64,000 bases of DNA from Octopus sinensis (GCF_006345805.1 NC_042997.1:87420001-87484000); one strand, 5' to 3'; positions 47,090 through 61,519 are shown, counted from the stretch's first letter. Notes: generated by a model from the sequence alone, not told the origin. Numbers and translations: made by a program.

Positions 47090-48462
47090 CATGTCTTGAA
47101 ATGGTCATCAAAAGCATTGATTAGAAAGGTAGTGTCAACATCAATGGCAAGCTACTAATATAGTTTCAATTCACAGACTACATAGTGCTCATCAAAAAAA
47201 CCTCAGATCAGCTGCAAACCATGATGACAAGGTTGGACACCCAGAGTCAAGGAGTTGACCTTAAAATAAACCTCACAACTCCATTGCACTTCAACTATTA
47301 TACTGTAATGTAATTCTCACTCTGTCTACTTTACCTGTGTGCATTCTTTGTCTTTCTCACTGACATATAAATTCATTCATTATAGTATCAGAATTCTCTC
47401 TGTTGGTGTCAAAGTGTTATATTTAATTTTATGTTCAATAATGAGTCACAAAACCTCATTTTTTAGGATGGAAAATCACTATTTTGGAAGCACATCATAT
47501 AACTATTCTTGGGGTTATTTTCAGCCAATTAAACAGCTCACTTTTGATATGTTCTTCATTCTTTTAACATTTTCTGGAGCCCATTAGAGATGATAAAAAA
47601 ATATTATTTTTGACATTTCTTCAGAGCTAGTCTTTTGCCTGAAGCTTCCATACTGTTTGGCTCCTCTATGAAGACATTTTTTCACACACAAAAGCATGCC
47701 TACTCTCTCTCTCTCCCTCTCTCTCATTCACACATACGCATGCACATGCACATATGCATGCCTGCATACACATCTGCATGCATGCATGCACGCACCACAT
47801 CATTTTATTACTAGCAAACAAACGGATAATTTCTTCTTGTGAATTATTATACTGGTAATGCTTTGTTTGATACTCACAAGAGAATTTGTGATTTATACAC
47901 AATGAAAGGCTTTTGTAGCTTTTCATGAGTGTTCATCTTATTGGCTGTGATTTCTAAATTCTATGAAGACATTCTGAGCTATTTCATTTACACTCTACTT
48001 ACCAAATGTTCAAATTTATTATGTTGTGACATTTTTGAATTGCTCCTGTTGCTGCTTCCCTGTGTATTTTGTCTTTGCTGCAGCACATTAATATTTATTC
48101 TGGAGTGGTCATGTTCCTGTTAAAATATTAGTGAATAAACTGATATATAACATACAAAAATTGTTTTTATCTCATCCATCTTTGACACATTTTGAATATT
48201 TATAGCTTAAATATCAACCACTCTTTCAGATTTAAGGCTTTAGAATAACAGTGACTAAACTGTGGTTCTCAAAACTAATATGTGCAACTCCCAAGATAAT
48301 ACTGGATTTCAGTGCTATGTTTCTAAAACAACTTTAATATTCTACTAACTGGATTTTAAAGTATTAACTAAAAAAAAAAAATGAAGATTCACTTAAATCC
48401 TTCAACAAGTAGCGATCAATCTACTTTAGTAAGTCATACTGTCTAGTGCTGTCATTTCAATG

Positions 48463-48496
<34 letters not shown>

Positions 48497-48975
48497 TGTT
48501 TAACGTCCGCTTTCTATGCTGGCATGGGTTGGACGGTTTGACTTGAGGACTGGTGAGCCAGAGACTGCACCAGGCTCAGTCTGATTTGGCAATGTTTCTA
48601 CAGCTGGATGCCCTTCCTAGCACCAACCACTCCGAGAGCGTAGTGAGTGCTTTTACATGCCACCAGCATGAGGGCCAGTTAGGCAGTTCTGGCAACAACC
48701 ATACTCAAAAGGTGTTTTTTACATGCTACCTGCACAGGAGCCAGTCCAGTGGCACTAGCAACGGCCACACTCGAATGTTGTTTTTTACGTGCCACTGGCA
48801 CATGTGCCGGTAAGGCAACGCTGGAAACAATCATGCTTGAATGGTGCTTTTTATGTACCACCAGCATGGGAGCCAATCTGTGGCTCTGGCAATGATCATG
48901 CTCGGATGTGCTTTTAACATTCCACTGGCATGAGTGCCAATCAAGGCGGTACTGTCATCGGCCATGTCCGTGATT
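48463..48975 (-). mobile_element. RTE-tail SINE with internal ~60-bp tandem repeats
   Basis: (CAT)n tail, ttaacgtccgctttctatgctggcatgggttgg, homologous to 58397-58893. Confidence 0.8.
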
Positions 48976-49259
48976 TTGATTTTGATTTCACTTGCCACAA
49001 TAGGTCTTCACAAGCAAAGTTTATTATCCAATGAATGAGGGGTATTCATAAGTAGGCTGGTTACACCCACTGGCATAGGCCTTTTCAAATTTATAAATAG
49101 AATTTTAAAAATATTTGTTGTGGCTCTTGAACATAAAAAAATATCATGTGTTACTCTCTTACCAATCAATTTGGCCATCTCTGTATAACCTTTTGAATAC
49201 AAACCCTTAGATTTAACAGTGACAATTAAAATCTGTAAGTACTATAATGCTTTCCAGAT

Positions 49260-49445
49260 GTATTGAGCAAAATGCTTAGTGGCATTTCCCATGTCTTTAT
49301 GTTCTGAGTTCAAATTCTGCCCAGCTTAACTTTGCCTTTCATCCTTTGGGGTTAATAAAATAAGTACCAGTTGAGCACTAGTGTTGATGGAATTGATTTA
49401 ACCACTCCTTCAAACTGCTGGCCTTGCACCAAAATTTGAAACCAA
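49260..49445 (+). mobile_element. SINE, second family (degenerate)
   Basis: gttctgagttcaaattctgcc...tttgcctttcatcctttggggttaataaaataagtaccagttg. Confidence 0.75.
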
Positions 49446-52400
49446 TTTAATTCTGTCAATGTAGAATAATATGATTAATGAGACACTATACTAATAGCCA
49501 CTCACAAAAACATTATGCAAACTAGCACTGATACATAATAATATAAGAACTGAAATGAAAAACATATCAAAATTTTGAAACTTGGAAACAGGCTACAAGT
49601 CTTAGGTAAACAACAAGTATTTACAGTGATTAAGGTCCATACAGAGAACTGCAACTAATCCCAAATTCAAAGGTTAATCAACCCAGCCAAATCTGAGATA
49701 GGATAACATAGCAAGAAAATTTTAAATATCAAAAAAGAACGTTAGGAAGAGTATGTAAGTGGAACAATAGTAATGATATTAATAGCTACTTATTCAATAG
49801 TATTGACAGGAGGCAATTGATAGACTTAATTTAATATTGTTGAATTTTACATGTTTATATCTAGAATTTGCTAAGAGCTACAATGCAGTTGTTGATAGTG
49901 ATATAGAAATGATAACACACACTAGAAAAATCTTTCAAAAGTTATGACCCACAGGTTCCTTCAATATAAGGAACTTCACTATTAAATCTCACATCTCAGT
50001 CTGAAGTATAGCCTGGACAGCATAGATGGTTTAGAGTTATGACAAGAAATTTGTATCTCAAGTATCTCTGAATAGAATAATAGATGTAACTTCTGTGTTT
50101 CTAGGTGGTAGTAAGGGTGATGATTGCTGGACTGAAATCCATAAATATTGATGTGCCAAAGGGAGAATTCTCCAATGGATGAATTTTCAATGATTTTACT
50201 AAAACCATGCCTCCTACAGATCTGCTTTCCATACTGCACATCAGTAATCTCTTGCCTATGGTAGAAGCAACGTTGCTGTTCTTTTGACTTTAGCAAAACT
50301 GCCAACCATGTGCAATAAGATATTTTTTTGAGAAAATACTCTGCTATGGGGTCCACCCTTCTCTCATTTCTTAGATTGGATGTTTCCTATCAGAGCAACT
50401 AATCACACTGTGGCTTGATGGTGCTTTCTCTAACTCAAATTCTAACAACTTTGTTGATAAAATGCGGGTTCATTCTAACAGCACAAACACCTATAATAGA
50501 GGAAACCACCTTTCACAACCTTCATACGCTAGTATCACCCACATGTCCTTTTTTAAGACAGTAGAGCATGATTTGAGGTACATAAGCTATAATATTTTTG
50601 CAGGTAAAATGACCATGTGGGGGCTGTCTATAGGTATCAACTTTAAAAATTCAAGCTGAATATCAATCCATAGGAAGTAATGTGGTTTTATTCTAGCTTA
50701 CAGATGCAGAAACCTGTGCCTCAAGTAGCTGTTGGATTCTAGAGCAGATGCACACTGAATATTGGATAAACAATTAAGATGGTTATAGCATCAAGCATTC
50801 CCTTTCAAATCTTTCTCCGTTCAGTGGTGCAAGTGCCATGACAAAGATGCATTAGAATTGTTTGTCCAACACAAAAGAAGTGTTTACTTCCACTTTAAGG
50901 AGCTATTTTACAGGGCAGTAGTAGTTCTTCTCCAACCACCACCCAGCTTTGAACTTAAGTACCTTATTCCATGTGTTGAAATTTACTACTTCATTTGTTA
51001 GAAATTTTCTGTAATGAAACAAACAAATATTGGAAAATACATCTTGGTAAGAAGCAAATCACTTTTAATGTTGTACTGGCTAAGAAGTAAAATGTTAGAG
51101 GTCAGAATATTCCAGCATATCATTTGAAGTGTTCTATTTCACAAAAATGTTTCCCAAATAAAATGTTAGGTATAAGTAATTATTGTTCATTCAAAATCAA
51201 TAGCTTTTTCTTTGTAGACAATGCTGTTGCACATGTTGGTAGTGGCAGTGATAATAATGTTGATGGTGATAATAATGACTATGATGATAATGATAATGTT
51301 GATGATGAACATTAATGCTCTCAAGATACAGTTCACCTGGAGCTAGTGAGCACCAGAAAAGAATTTGAATGGACTCCAAATAGTCAGAATTCCATAGACT
51401 TCTACTTCTCTTGCTCTTCCTCCTCCATATCATCATTTTAACTTTTTTTTTGCCATTTTCCCATGCTGAGATAAATTGAACAGGTTTGTATAATACTTCA
51501 TCACTCTATTTGTATTGATCCATCATCATAATCTATAGAAACCAAACATTCTTAGATCTAACCATGCTATTTCTCTCCAAGTCTTCCTAACATTCTCTAC
51601 AGGTGCCTTTTATTATTTACTGAATGATATTTGATAAAAAAAAAAAGAAATCAAAGATTAAAAACCAAGTTGTGATTGACTAGTTCTATGCTGCTATTGT
51701 TGTTTAACCCCAAATCAACTTTGACAGAATAGATCTATGATAAAAGCATTCCAGCTGTGACCATCTATAATAATTTCAGATAATGTATCCAGAACTATTA
51801 TCTAAATTCTGATTCCACATCATTCAGACAGTAAAGTGTGGTTTGAGGGGAATTTAGCTGCTTTTTTTTAGCAGGTCAAGTGATCACATAGAGGCTCCCT
51901 TCTTGACTCCTAAGAGTGTGTGTTCTTGTTGTCATGTATCTCTCCAGGTTAGTCCTAATGAAGCAAATCAGGACTATAATAAAATGCGCTTCAGCCATGA
52001 CCTTTTCATCTTTTTAGGCATATATTGAACAACTATATTATCTAAAATTATCTAATATGTTCTTTCCTTTCTTAAAATAGTAGGGCATGATTTGATGGAG
52101 ATTCAGCTGCTATGTCTAGCAGAATGAGAAATCACATGCAGGTTCCCCCATTGACTCGTGATAGCATTTGTATAGATTGACTATAACCAATAGGTCATTA
52201 TTTTAGTTTATATTAGAATTCCTCTCGCAATATCCATTTTATTATTTTCAATTATTTTGAGTGGTATACATTCTGAGTTTGATTTTTCTTATATTTATGT
52301 TTTGTTTCATTTCATTTTATTTTTTTATTAAGTAGGTTTCTTATTGACAAATATGTTTTTTCTCCCAACATAGTTTTTAATTTTATTGACTAAGTTTGAA

Positions 52401-52774
52401 AAGAAAATTTATCAGTGTTTGCTCTTGGGAAAATATAACTTGTAATGTATTCTTAATGAATTCCAGTAATAATGTAATGATATCTGTTTCAAAGGACTTT
52501 GAATGGTTTGGAAAATTTCAAAAGAGATTTAAAAGAGATTTGAATTATTGGTGCAGTAAACAGTTTTAGAAGTAATGAAAGAATTAAGAAACTTCATTAG
52601 TCTTAGATTGGTGAAACATCTGAAATCTGAAAATTTTCTAAGTTGTGTGAATATTTTATTAGCTGATTGGTAACATGTTAATTTCAACATTAAAGAATGT
52701 TGATGTTCATAAATTTGTGACATTTTATTTTTGGCTTGTGACTTATTTTTATCAGTACCAGAATCTGTACAGTT

Positions 52775-53225
52775 TTTTCACATTTAAAACAGATGCGGTA
52801 TATTTATTTATCTTTTACTTGTTTCAGTCTTTGGACTGTAGGCATGCTGGTGCACCATCTTGAAGGGTTTCACTCAAACACATCAAAACCATACTTAAGT
52901 TTTTTTCTTTTTTTTAAGTATGGTTCTTATTCTATCTGTTTCATTTGCTGAAGTTACGGGAATATAAGCAAATCAACACTGGTTGTCAAGCAGTGGATGA
53001 GTGGTGGACAATGACACAAACATACACACACACACACACACACACCACACACACACACAGTACATAACCACACATATGCTTTTCTTGGACACTTTTTCGT
53101 TCTTAGGACCCTTCCTCTCTCCTCTTTCTGATGCAGAGCCGTGCCTGAAACGTTTACACCCAGTCTTTTTCCCATCTTATACTGAACATCAACCTGATAC
53201 ATTCCATGTGTATGACCTTTTGACT
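52775..53225. mobile_element. Degenerate copy of the most frequent SINE family (minus strand), followed by a Penelope-type terminal-repeat relic with a decayed hammerhead (53125-53155)
   Basis: ttacttgtttcagtctttggactg tail; tttCTGATGCagagccgtgcctGAAACGTTT. Confidence 0.6.
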
Positions 53226-54138
53226 TTTATTGTTTTGTTACTTTTAATTTTCAATTTACCTGTATACACCCCCCCCCCCACCACACACACATATATATCA
53301 GAGGTGACTCCAGGTCATCAGCATCACTCAGGGTCATCACAGATTTGGTCACTCAAGCTCTTCACAGACTTTGAATAAGACACATGCCTGCTTGAAGAAT
53401 TTCACATTTTTCTACCATATTTCAAGCCCCACATAGCTTATTTTTTTTATATCTAGCACTATGTCTTTCTCCATTTCTAAGTTAAGGGTAAAAATAAAGC
53501 AACTCTGCAAGACACAACTTATCTTTACACACAAATGCACAGAATAACAGCAATCATATAATGACAGTGGAGTGCACAACAGACATCAGCAATCTGACTG
53601 TTACCTGTACTCTTGACAAGAGATGCCAGTTAGCCTTTTAGACCCACCAGTTTCATTCGTATTAACTTGAGTTGCTGGATAATTTTTTGTTCCTTTAAGA
53701 ATATTGTAGAATGGAAACTTTTCATAGACTGGAATTTAAATCCTAATCTCTATAGAAGTTTATTTTTTCAAGAAAACATTGAATTTGAAATACTTTTAAT
53801 TTTTATGATTATAGATAACAATTTGGGGTGTAACTTCTGAGCCCGAGTCAGGCACGTGTGAACAATGTTGAGAGAAAGTCTGCTATGAATGATATTTTTT
53901 GACACAGGACAACCGTCAGACTCTAAATGAAAATAAATGAACTGTGACCAGGCTCAATAAAAGGAGCCCAAGTTATTGGCTGCAATACTTGAAGTCAGTG
54001 TTGGTAGAAATTAAATAAGCTTACAAATACACATTCACTTTACTAAATTTATACTCGGGCTAAGCATGAACAGCCTGAGTGCTGGAGTTGCCACTGATAT
54101 ATTTGTATTCCTCAACCCAATATATATACATATATAAA

Positions 54139-55405
54139 TTGGGTTGAGAGTTTTTTTTTCAAATTTAAAAATGCATGCAGAAATAAAATGCATTGGCTAA
54201 ATGTTTTATGTTATTTAAAAGAATTTTTTGCTCTAAAAGGCAGCATGTTTTGACTTTTTAATTTCATTGATTTTTATGCATTTTTCAGATCACTAAAATA
54301 GTATGTCAAGTGGACAAAACTGAGACTTTTTGACACCATTTGCATTTAATCGAGGTATTAAGGTCACTGAAGCTGCTTGTGAGATTTGTGCTGTGTATGG
54401 AGAAGGAGCAATGCCTCAAAGTATATCCTGCCATTGGATTCTGCATTTCAAATAATTAGAATTTTGACATCAAGGATGGATCACACACTGGTCGACCAAG
54501 TGACTTCAATAAAGAGCAATTGAATCGACTTCTTCACGAAAATCCATGTCAAATGACCAGAGAATTGGTGGAACAGATGGATTGTGATAAAAGAATCTGT
54601 GGTGAACTACCTTCACTCAATGGGCAAAGTTCAGAAACTCAGCGCTTGGGCGCCACACAGGTTGAGGTGTAAACAACAAAAATCAATGCTCCACAATTGC
54701 TGCCAGTTTGCTCACTTGACATCAGTCAACACATGGTCACAAACAGCATTTTCTTTACCGCAGTGTTACTGGTGATGAAAAATGGTGCCTTTACATCAAT
54801 ATGAAGCAGCAAAAAGAATGGTTCAGCCCTGACAAATAAGTGACTGCGAGCAAAACAAGACCTTCCTCCTCGAAAGACCATATTGTGTGCATGGTGTGAC
54901 TGAGAAGGCATAATTCATTATTAACTGCTTGAGTGCAACCAAACACTCAATATGGAGCTCTACTTTCAACAACTGCACTGACTCAATGAAGCAATTCAGC
55001 AAAAAAGACCAAATAGGCAAAATAGCATTCTTCTGCAACACAATAGCACTGGTCCTCACATTACCAATATGATAAAAGCCACGATTCAAGAACTTGAATG
55101 GGAAGTGCTGCCTCATCCTCCATACTCTCCAGACTTGGTGCCATCAGATTTTCATCTCTTTCGACTGCTTTTGAAAGCTTTGCACAGTGTATCGTTCAAT
55201 AATGACGTGGAATTGAGGTCTTGGTTGGAAAAATTCTTTGAGTCAAGACCAAGAGATTTCTATTGCCAAGGCATCGAAAATCTTATTGAATGTTGGGAGG
55301 AAGTTGTAAATAACAGCAGAGAGTATATTATTGATTAATTTGCTGTAGTTTTTTTGTTTAAAATAAGTTTGAAAAAAAACACTCATGAATTATTCCTCAA
55401 CCCAA
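54139..55405 (+). mobile_element. Full-length degenerate mariner transposon (~1.27 kb)
   Basis: TIRs ttgggttgag...ctcaacccaa with a TA target; WAPH.L, TGDEKW and HPPYSPDLVPSDFHLF motifs; multiple stops. Confidence 0.93.
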
Positions 55406-55453
55406 TATACATACATACATACATACATACATACATACATACATACATTCATA

Positions 55454-55526
<73 letters not shown>

Positions 55527-56031
55527 GTTTGTATGTATATATATATGCATATATATATATGTGTGTGTGTGTGTGTTCATTCTCTACAGACACTTGACAG
55601 AAAAAATTCAGAGCATTGATTGTTTGAACTTGTTCAGTCAACCGTGTCAGCCTCAACTTACAACACCAAACATTGTCATTTGATACTAACACATGGACAT
55701 AGCAGGGAACCTACAAAAATTTCTAAGATCAGTCATGTGACTATCCTCTACAAATCGAATCCTATTCAAAACATACTAATTTGAGCCATGAACTCCCTAT
55801 AAAAACAGGGCAAACTTGAAACACTAGTCAGTAGCAACACAACAGAAACATAAACCACATCTTTCTATTTGAACTTTTTGAAAATCAGTGTAAATTGTGA
55901 AACTGGTTAAAGCTTCAAATATTTTAATAAAAGGTATTTTAAATATTCTCAGTGCATCTTCAACTTATATTTTTCCTATATTTCTATCCATGTGGAATAA
56001 AATATCTTTGTTTTCTATATGTATATGTATA

Positions 56032-56338
56032 TATTGGAGCACTCCATCAGTTATGGCGATGAGGGTCCCAGCTGATACAATCGACGGAACAGCTTGCCCG
56101 TGAACAGCACTCCACAGACATGTGTACCCTTAATGTAGTTCTCAGGGAGATTCAACATGACACAGAGTGTGACAAGGCAGGCCCTTTGAAATACAGGTCC
56201 TACTCATTTTTGCCAACTGAGTGGCAATAAAGTGAAATAAAGTGTCTTGCACAAGGACAAAACGCATCACCGGGAATTGAACTCATGACCTTACGATAGT
56301 GAGCCAAATACCCTAACCTCTAAGCCACACACCTTCAC
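56032..56338 (-). mobile_element. tRNA-derived SINE (further family)
   Basis: Minus-strand head gtgaaggtgtgtggcttagaggttagggta...catgagttcaattcccgg, then ccttgtgcaagacacttt. Confidence 0.75.
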
Positions 56339-56339
56339 T

Positions 56340-56344
<5 letters not shown>

Positions 56345-56380
<36 letters not shown>

Positions 56381-56519
56381 GTACATATATATGTGTGTAT
56401 ATGTATATATATGTTTATACATATTTATATATATATGTATATATATGTATATAGATATGTATATATATGTATGTGTGTGTGTATATACACACACACACGC
56501 ACACACACACGCACACACA

Positions 56520-56560
<41 letters not shown>

Positions 56561-57469
56561 TATATATATTAAACTTGGTATAAGAGACATAAATTTAGAT
56601 AGTCATTTATATTTATGATTTACATCAACATAATAAATACATAATTTAAGGAATTACAACATTAATTATAAAATTTCTTTGTCTATACTAACAGCCCCCC
56701 TCCCCTTGGTCTATACTACCAAACGGCCTCCCCTATAAGTAACAAATGTAATTTATACATTAGAGAATCTTACATTATTCTTAATTCATACAATTCAGGC
56801 ACATTAAATGAATTCTCTGATACCATTCATCCATGTACTCATAAATTTCACTCATCTTTCATGAAACTCTATAAGACGAGATATAAGGAATTAAGTATTT
56901 GACAGCCCTGCTTTTTCCTCAATTAGTAATTAATTATTTCCGGGATTTATTGGAAAATCGACCTTTTATTTTTTTTTCTCCCATCATCCTTCACTATAGG
57001 TTTCCTTCGTATATAAGTGTGAATTATCATAAAAGGGATTACTATCTGATGGCATAGCTGATGACTGACATAATGTAACCAAAGATTTCCTTCCTTTCTT
57101 TCCTTTCTCCTAAATGTCTTCAAACTTGAATGATTATCTATTTACTTATTCCTGATGAAGGGGACATGTCAGGGTGAATCTAAAGGATTCACACCTGCTG
57201 ACTATATACATGACTTTTTTCCATCTTATACTGAATGTCAACCTAATACATTCCATGTGTATGTCTTTATATACATATATATATATATAATATATATATA
57301 TATATATTATATATATATATATAAATGTACATATATATGTGTGTATATGTATATATATGTTTATACATATTTATATATATATGTATATATATGTATATAG
57401 ATATGTATATATATGTATGTGTGTGTGTATATACACACACACACGCACACACACACGCACACACACACA

Positions 57470-57508
<39 letters not shown>

Positions 57509-58214
57509 ATATATATTAAACTTGGTATAAGAGACATAAATTTAGATAGTCATTTATATTTATGATTTACATCAACATAATAAATACATAATTTAAGGAA
57601 TTACAACATTAATTATAAAATTTCTTTGTCTATACTAACAGCCCCCCTCCCCTTGGTCTATACTACCAAACGGCCTCCCCTATAAGTAACAAATGTAATT
57701 TATACATTAGAGAATCTTACATTATTCTTAATTCATACAATTCAGGCACATTAAATGAATTCTCTGATACCATTCATCCATGTACTCATAAATTTCACTC
57801 ATCTTTCATGAAACTCTATAAGACGAGATATAAGGAATTAAGTATTTGACAGCCCTGCTTTTTCCTCAATTAGTAATTAATTATTTCCGGGATTTATTGG
57901 AAAATCGACCTTTTATTTTTTTTTCTCCCATCATCCTTCACTATAGGTTTCCTTCGTATATAAGTGTGAATTATCATAAAAGGGATTACTATCTGATGGC
58001 GTAGCTGATGACTGACATAATGTAACCAAAGATTTCCTTCCTTTCTTTCCTTTCTCCTAAATGTCTTCAAACTTGAATGATTATCTATTTACTTATTCCT
58101 GATGAAGGGGACATGTCAGGGTGAATCTAAAGGATTCACACCTGCTGACTATATACATGACTTTTTTCCATCTTATACTGAATGTCAACCTAATACATTC
58201 CATGTGTATGTCTT

Positions 58215-58215
<1 letters not shown>
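56345..58215. repeat. ~946-bp tandem duplication bounded by (TA)n
   Basis: aaatgtacatatat at 56376 and 57322; apparently one substitution plus microsatellite and homopolymer length differences. Confidence 0.92.
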
Positions 58216-58247
<32 letters not shown>

Positions 58248-58396
58248 AAGATAAGAAATGGAGAAATACATCCAAATCAAATATCAATTACCAGATAATA
58301 CTCAATCACATACTTTATTAAACCACCACATAAGAGACTGTAGGGTTAAATATAAAAAGCAGAACAAATCAGTGGACTCATCAGTGGAATAAAGGA

Positions 58397-58893
58397 ATCA
58401 TCATCATCATCATCATCATCATTTAACGTCCGCTTTCCATGCTAGCATGGGTTGGACGGTTCAACTGGGGTCTGGGGAGCCCGAAGGCTGCACCAGGCCA
58501 GTCAGATCTGGCAGTGTTTCTACAGCTGGATGCCCTTCCTAACGCCAACCACTCCGAGAGTGTAGTGGGTGATTTTATGTGCCACCAACACAGGTGCCAG
58601 ATGAGGCTGGCAAACGGCCACGCTCGGATGGTGTTTTTTATGTGCCACCGACACAGCACGCTCGGATGGTGTTTTTTATGTGCCACCGACACAGGTGCCA
58701 GACGAGGCTGGCAGACGGCCACGCTCGGATGGTGTTTTTATGTGCCACCGACACAGGTGCCAGATGAGGCTGGCGAATGGCCACGATCGGATGGTGTTTG
58801 TTACGTGCCCACAGCACGGAGGCCAGTCGATGCGGTACTGGCTACGGCCACGTTCAGATGGTTTTCTTGTGTGCCACCGGCACTGGTACCACA
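58397..58893 (-). mobile_element. RTE-tail SINE with a ~61-bp internal minisatellite
   Basis: Repeated gtgccaccgacacaggtgccagatgaggctggcaaacggccacgctcggatggtgttttt units at 58578-58890; (CAT)n tail. Confidence 0.82.
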
Positions 58894-59298
58894 AAGATAC
58901 AAATACCATTGATGTTCATCTATTTTGATTTGTTTTGGTACATAAAAAAGTATACATAAAAGAGTAATGTTGTATAATAAGTAGAATATATATAAAAGAG
59001 AATATAAATACAAGTAAATATAAATATAAGTATAAATTAGATCTTACATCTGTTTCGGCCATGTCGATAAGTATGTCTCATTTTACCAATATTAGCCCTT
59101 TATGGTTGGTCAATATATAGATATAAATGAGACATTTACAAAAATATCACAAGGCCTCTTTGGAGATTATGTAATATAACTCAGTCTACATATATACCCA
59201 CATGGGTGTGGGTGCGTACCCACAATACAACATATATATATGCATATGAGTGCATATACTCACACTCCTATACATATAAAAATATACATTTACATAAT

Positions 59299-59608
59299 GG
59301 AGGCGCAATGGCCCAGTGGTTAGGGCAGCGGACTCGCGGTCATAGGATCGCGGTTGCGATTCCCAGACCGGGCGTTGTGAGTGTTTATTGAGCGAAAACA
59401 CCTAAAGCTCCACGATGCTCTGGCAGGGGGTGGTGGCAATCCCTGCTGTACTCTTATGCCATAACTTTCTCTCACTCTTTCTTCTGTTGGCCTGCTCGCT
59501 TAGCCAGCGGGGTGGTGTCATTTGAAGGCCAAAACAATGCGAAGCGCATTGTGACCAATGATGTGTAGCAACATCTGATAGCCTGGTCGATCACATGGTT
59601 ACGTGATA
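59299..59608 (+). mobile_element. tRNA-derived SINE
   Basis: ggaggcgcaatggcccagtggttagggcagcggactcgcgg...ggttgcgattccc head. Confidence 0.82.
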
Positions 59609-59778
59609 TGTATATATATATAATGAGGGTATGAGAGGTAATGGTGTCAAGACGACCTGAAGGTGTCAGGTAATGCTGAGTAAGCACTATGGACAGACTA
59701 TAGTTAAGTTCCAGGTTCGATGATTATACGAATGAGGAGTCCAGCATAGGTCATATATTAGCATGCATATATATAAAA

Positions 59779-59988
59779 AAATTAACAGAATGAGATAAAA
59801 AATCGAAGGGTGTGAAAGTTTTCAGAACATTTGTAAAGAGAAGGTCTTATAGCTGTTTCCAGGATATTTTATAAATCCCTTCATCAGAAAGGGATATATA
59901 AAATATCCCGGAAACAGCTGTAAGACCTTCTCTTTACAAATGTTCTGAAAATTTTCACACCCTTCGATTTTTTTATTTCATTCTGTTA

Positions 59989-59991
<3 letters not shown>
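59779..59991. repeat. Fold-back palindrome (102-bp arms, 9-nt loop) centred on a hammerhead CTGATGA core
   Basis: 59779-59880 vs 59890-59991, five mismatches; the loop tcatcagaa reads TTCTGATGA on the minus strand. Confidence 0.92.
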
Positions 59992-60049
<58 letters not shown>

Positions 60050-61411
60050 CATGTATGTATATGTATATATATGTATATATATATATATATTATAGATATT
60101 ATAGAAAGTCATTACAATGTAGATTCAAAATATTTAGTATTATAACTTTAAAAAGCTATTATGAGTTCAAATAGAAATTGAGCTTAGATGTGGTCTACAC
60201 AGATATGAATGTAGGGGTGAAACATGCATAGATTAAAAGTGTTATATTAGTGTTACACAACTCTTATCTGCTGTTGATAGATTGATTTGATTTATTAATG
60301 AGTATAACCTTAATTCTCAAATTTCTTTCACTCCCACAATCCTCAAAATTCCAATTTGTGGCTTTGATGGTGACCATAATATTCTGGTTATGATATCCCT
60401 CCAAATATCTTTTTAATGGAAGAACTATTTACAAGCATACCTCAACTTACATTTTTTTGAGTTGCATATTTTTCAACTTTACATTATTTTTGTAAAGAGG
60501 TTAATGGAAAAAAAAAAATATAACCTCAACTTCAGTCAATTTATCCAACTTTATGCTGGTCTCAGCAAACATTTAAAAGCATAAAAATTAAAAAAAACAT
60601 CTAACAACCAATACTGAAGAGGAAAAATCAAATAAAACACATGAAAATATGAATAAACCATTTATTAAAGCAGATATAAGGCAATAAAGTTTTTAAAATG
60701 TTCTTTCATGTTATGTCATTTTACATGTTAAGTCACATGTCTTGGAACCAATTACTGATGTAATTTAAAGTTTACATGTATATATGATTGTGAGCTTTAA
60801 TACAGATCTGCAGCTATGTAAATTGCTTCAAGCATAAGATTCCCCACTATTATTACATGATGTGTGATTCACAGTGTACCATATGCCCATACTGTTGATA
60901 GTACAGTAGACCAATGTGCATACATCAATGCACAGACAGTAATTTTCTTAGGCAAATGCTTCAGAGTGTCAGTTGTATATTCAGCCTCTCTCAATGGGTT
61001 GATTGCTTTGCAATTAGCAACCTTAATTCTATTATCAAAGAGTGGTAGCTTTTAAAAGAAATTTGCTGATTAAGGACGCTGTCCTTAATAAATTAGATTC
61101 CTTTATCAACAGCATACATGACTTGCATGTTGCTAATTGGTTAATAAACACTACAAATCTGTGCATGTAACAACTGCCTCTCATCTCCATATATCTGTGC
61201 AAACTAAAGTGAAGCTCTTTCTTAATTTTTTTCTCTCTCTTAATTAAGGCGTTTTTGGAAGGCAAAATATTGAAACCTCATGCCAGCATGGAAAATGGAT
61301 GTTAAATGATGATGATAATGAAGGTAAAAAGTGTATGCTTTTGTCTTTGCTTTTGTTCTTACTCCTCCTTTATTTCCAACTTGCATTGTTTTTCTAAAGC
61401 ATGTATGCCTG

Positions 61412-61413
<2 letters not shown>

Positions 61414-61509
<96 letters not shown>

Positions 61510-61517
61510 TGTGTGTA
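61414..61517. repeat. (GT)n microsatellite
   Basis: Direct inspection. Confidence 0.97.
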
Positions 61518-61519
61518 AT

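Noticed and set aside
49982-50356. 124-aa minus-strand ORF in non-repetitive DNA
   Set aside because: No recognisable motif or convincing splice signals; cannot be supported without a database search.
58578-58890. Regularly spaced repeats resembling a CRISPR array (also 27176-27316)
   Set aside because: Contiguous minisatellite units without unique spacers, inside eukaryotic retroelements; no cas genes.
59299-59375. tRNA gene-like sequences (also at 33915-33988 and 46630-46700)
   Set aside because: They have A/B boxes but no complete cloverleaf or acceptor stem and continue into SINE bodies.
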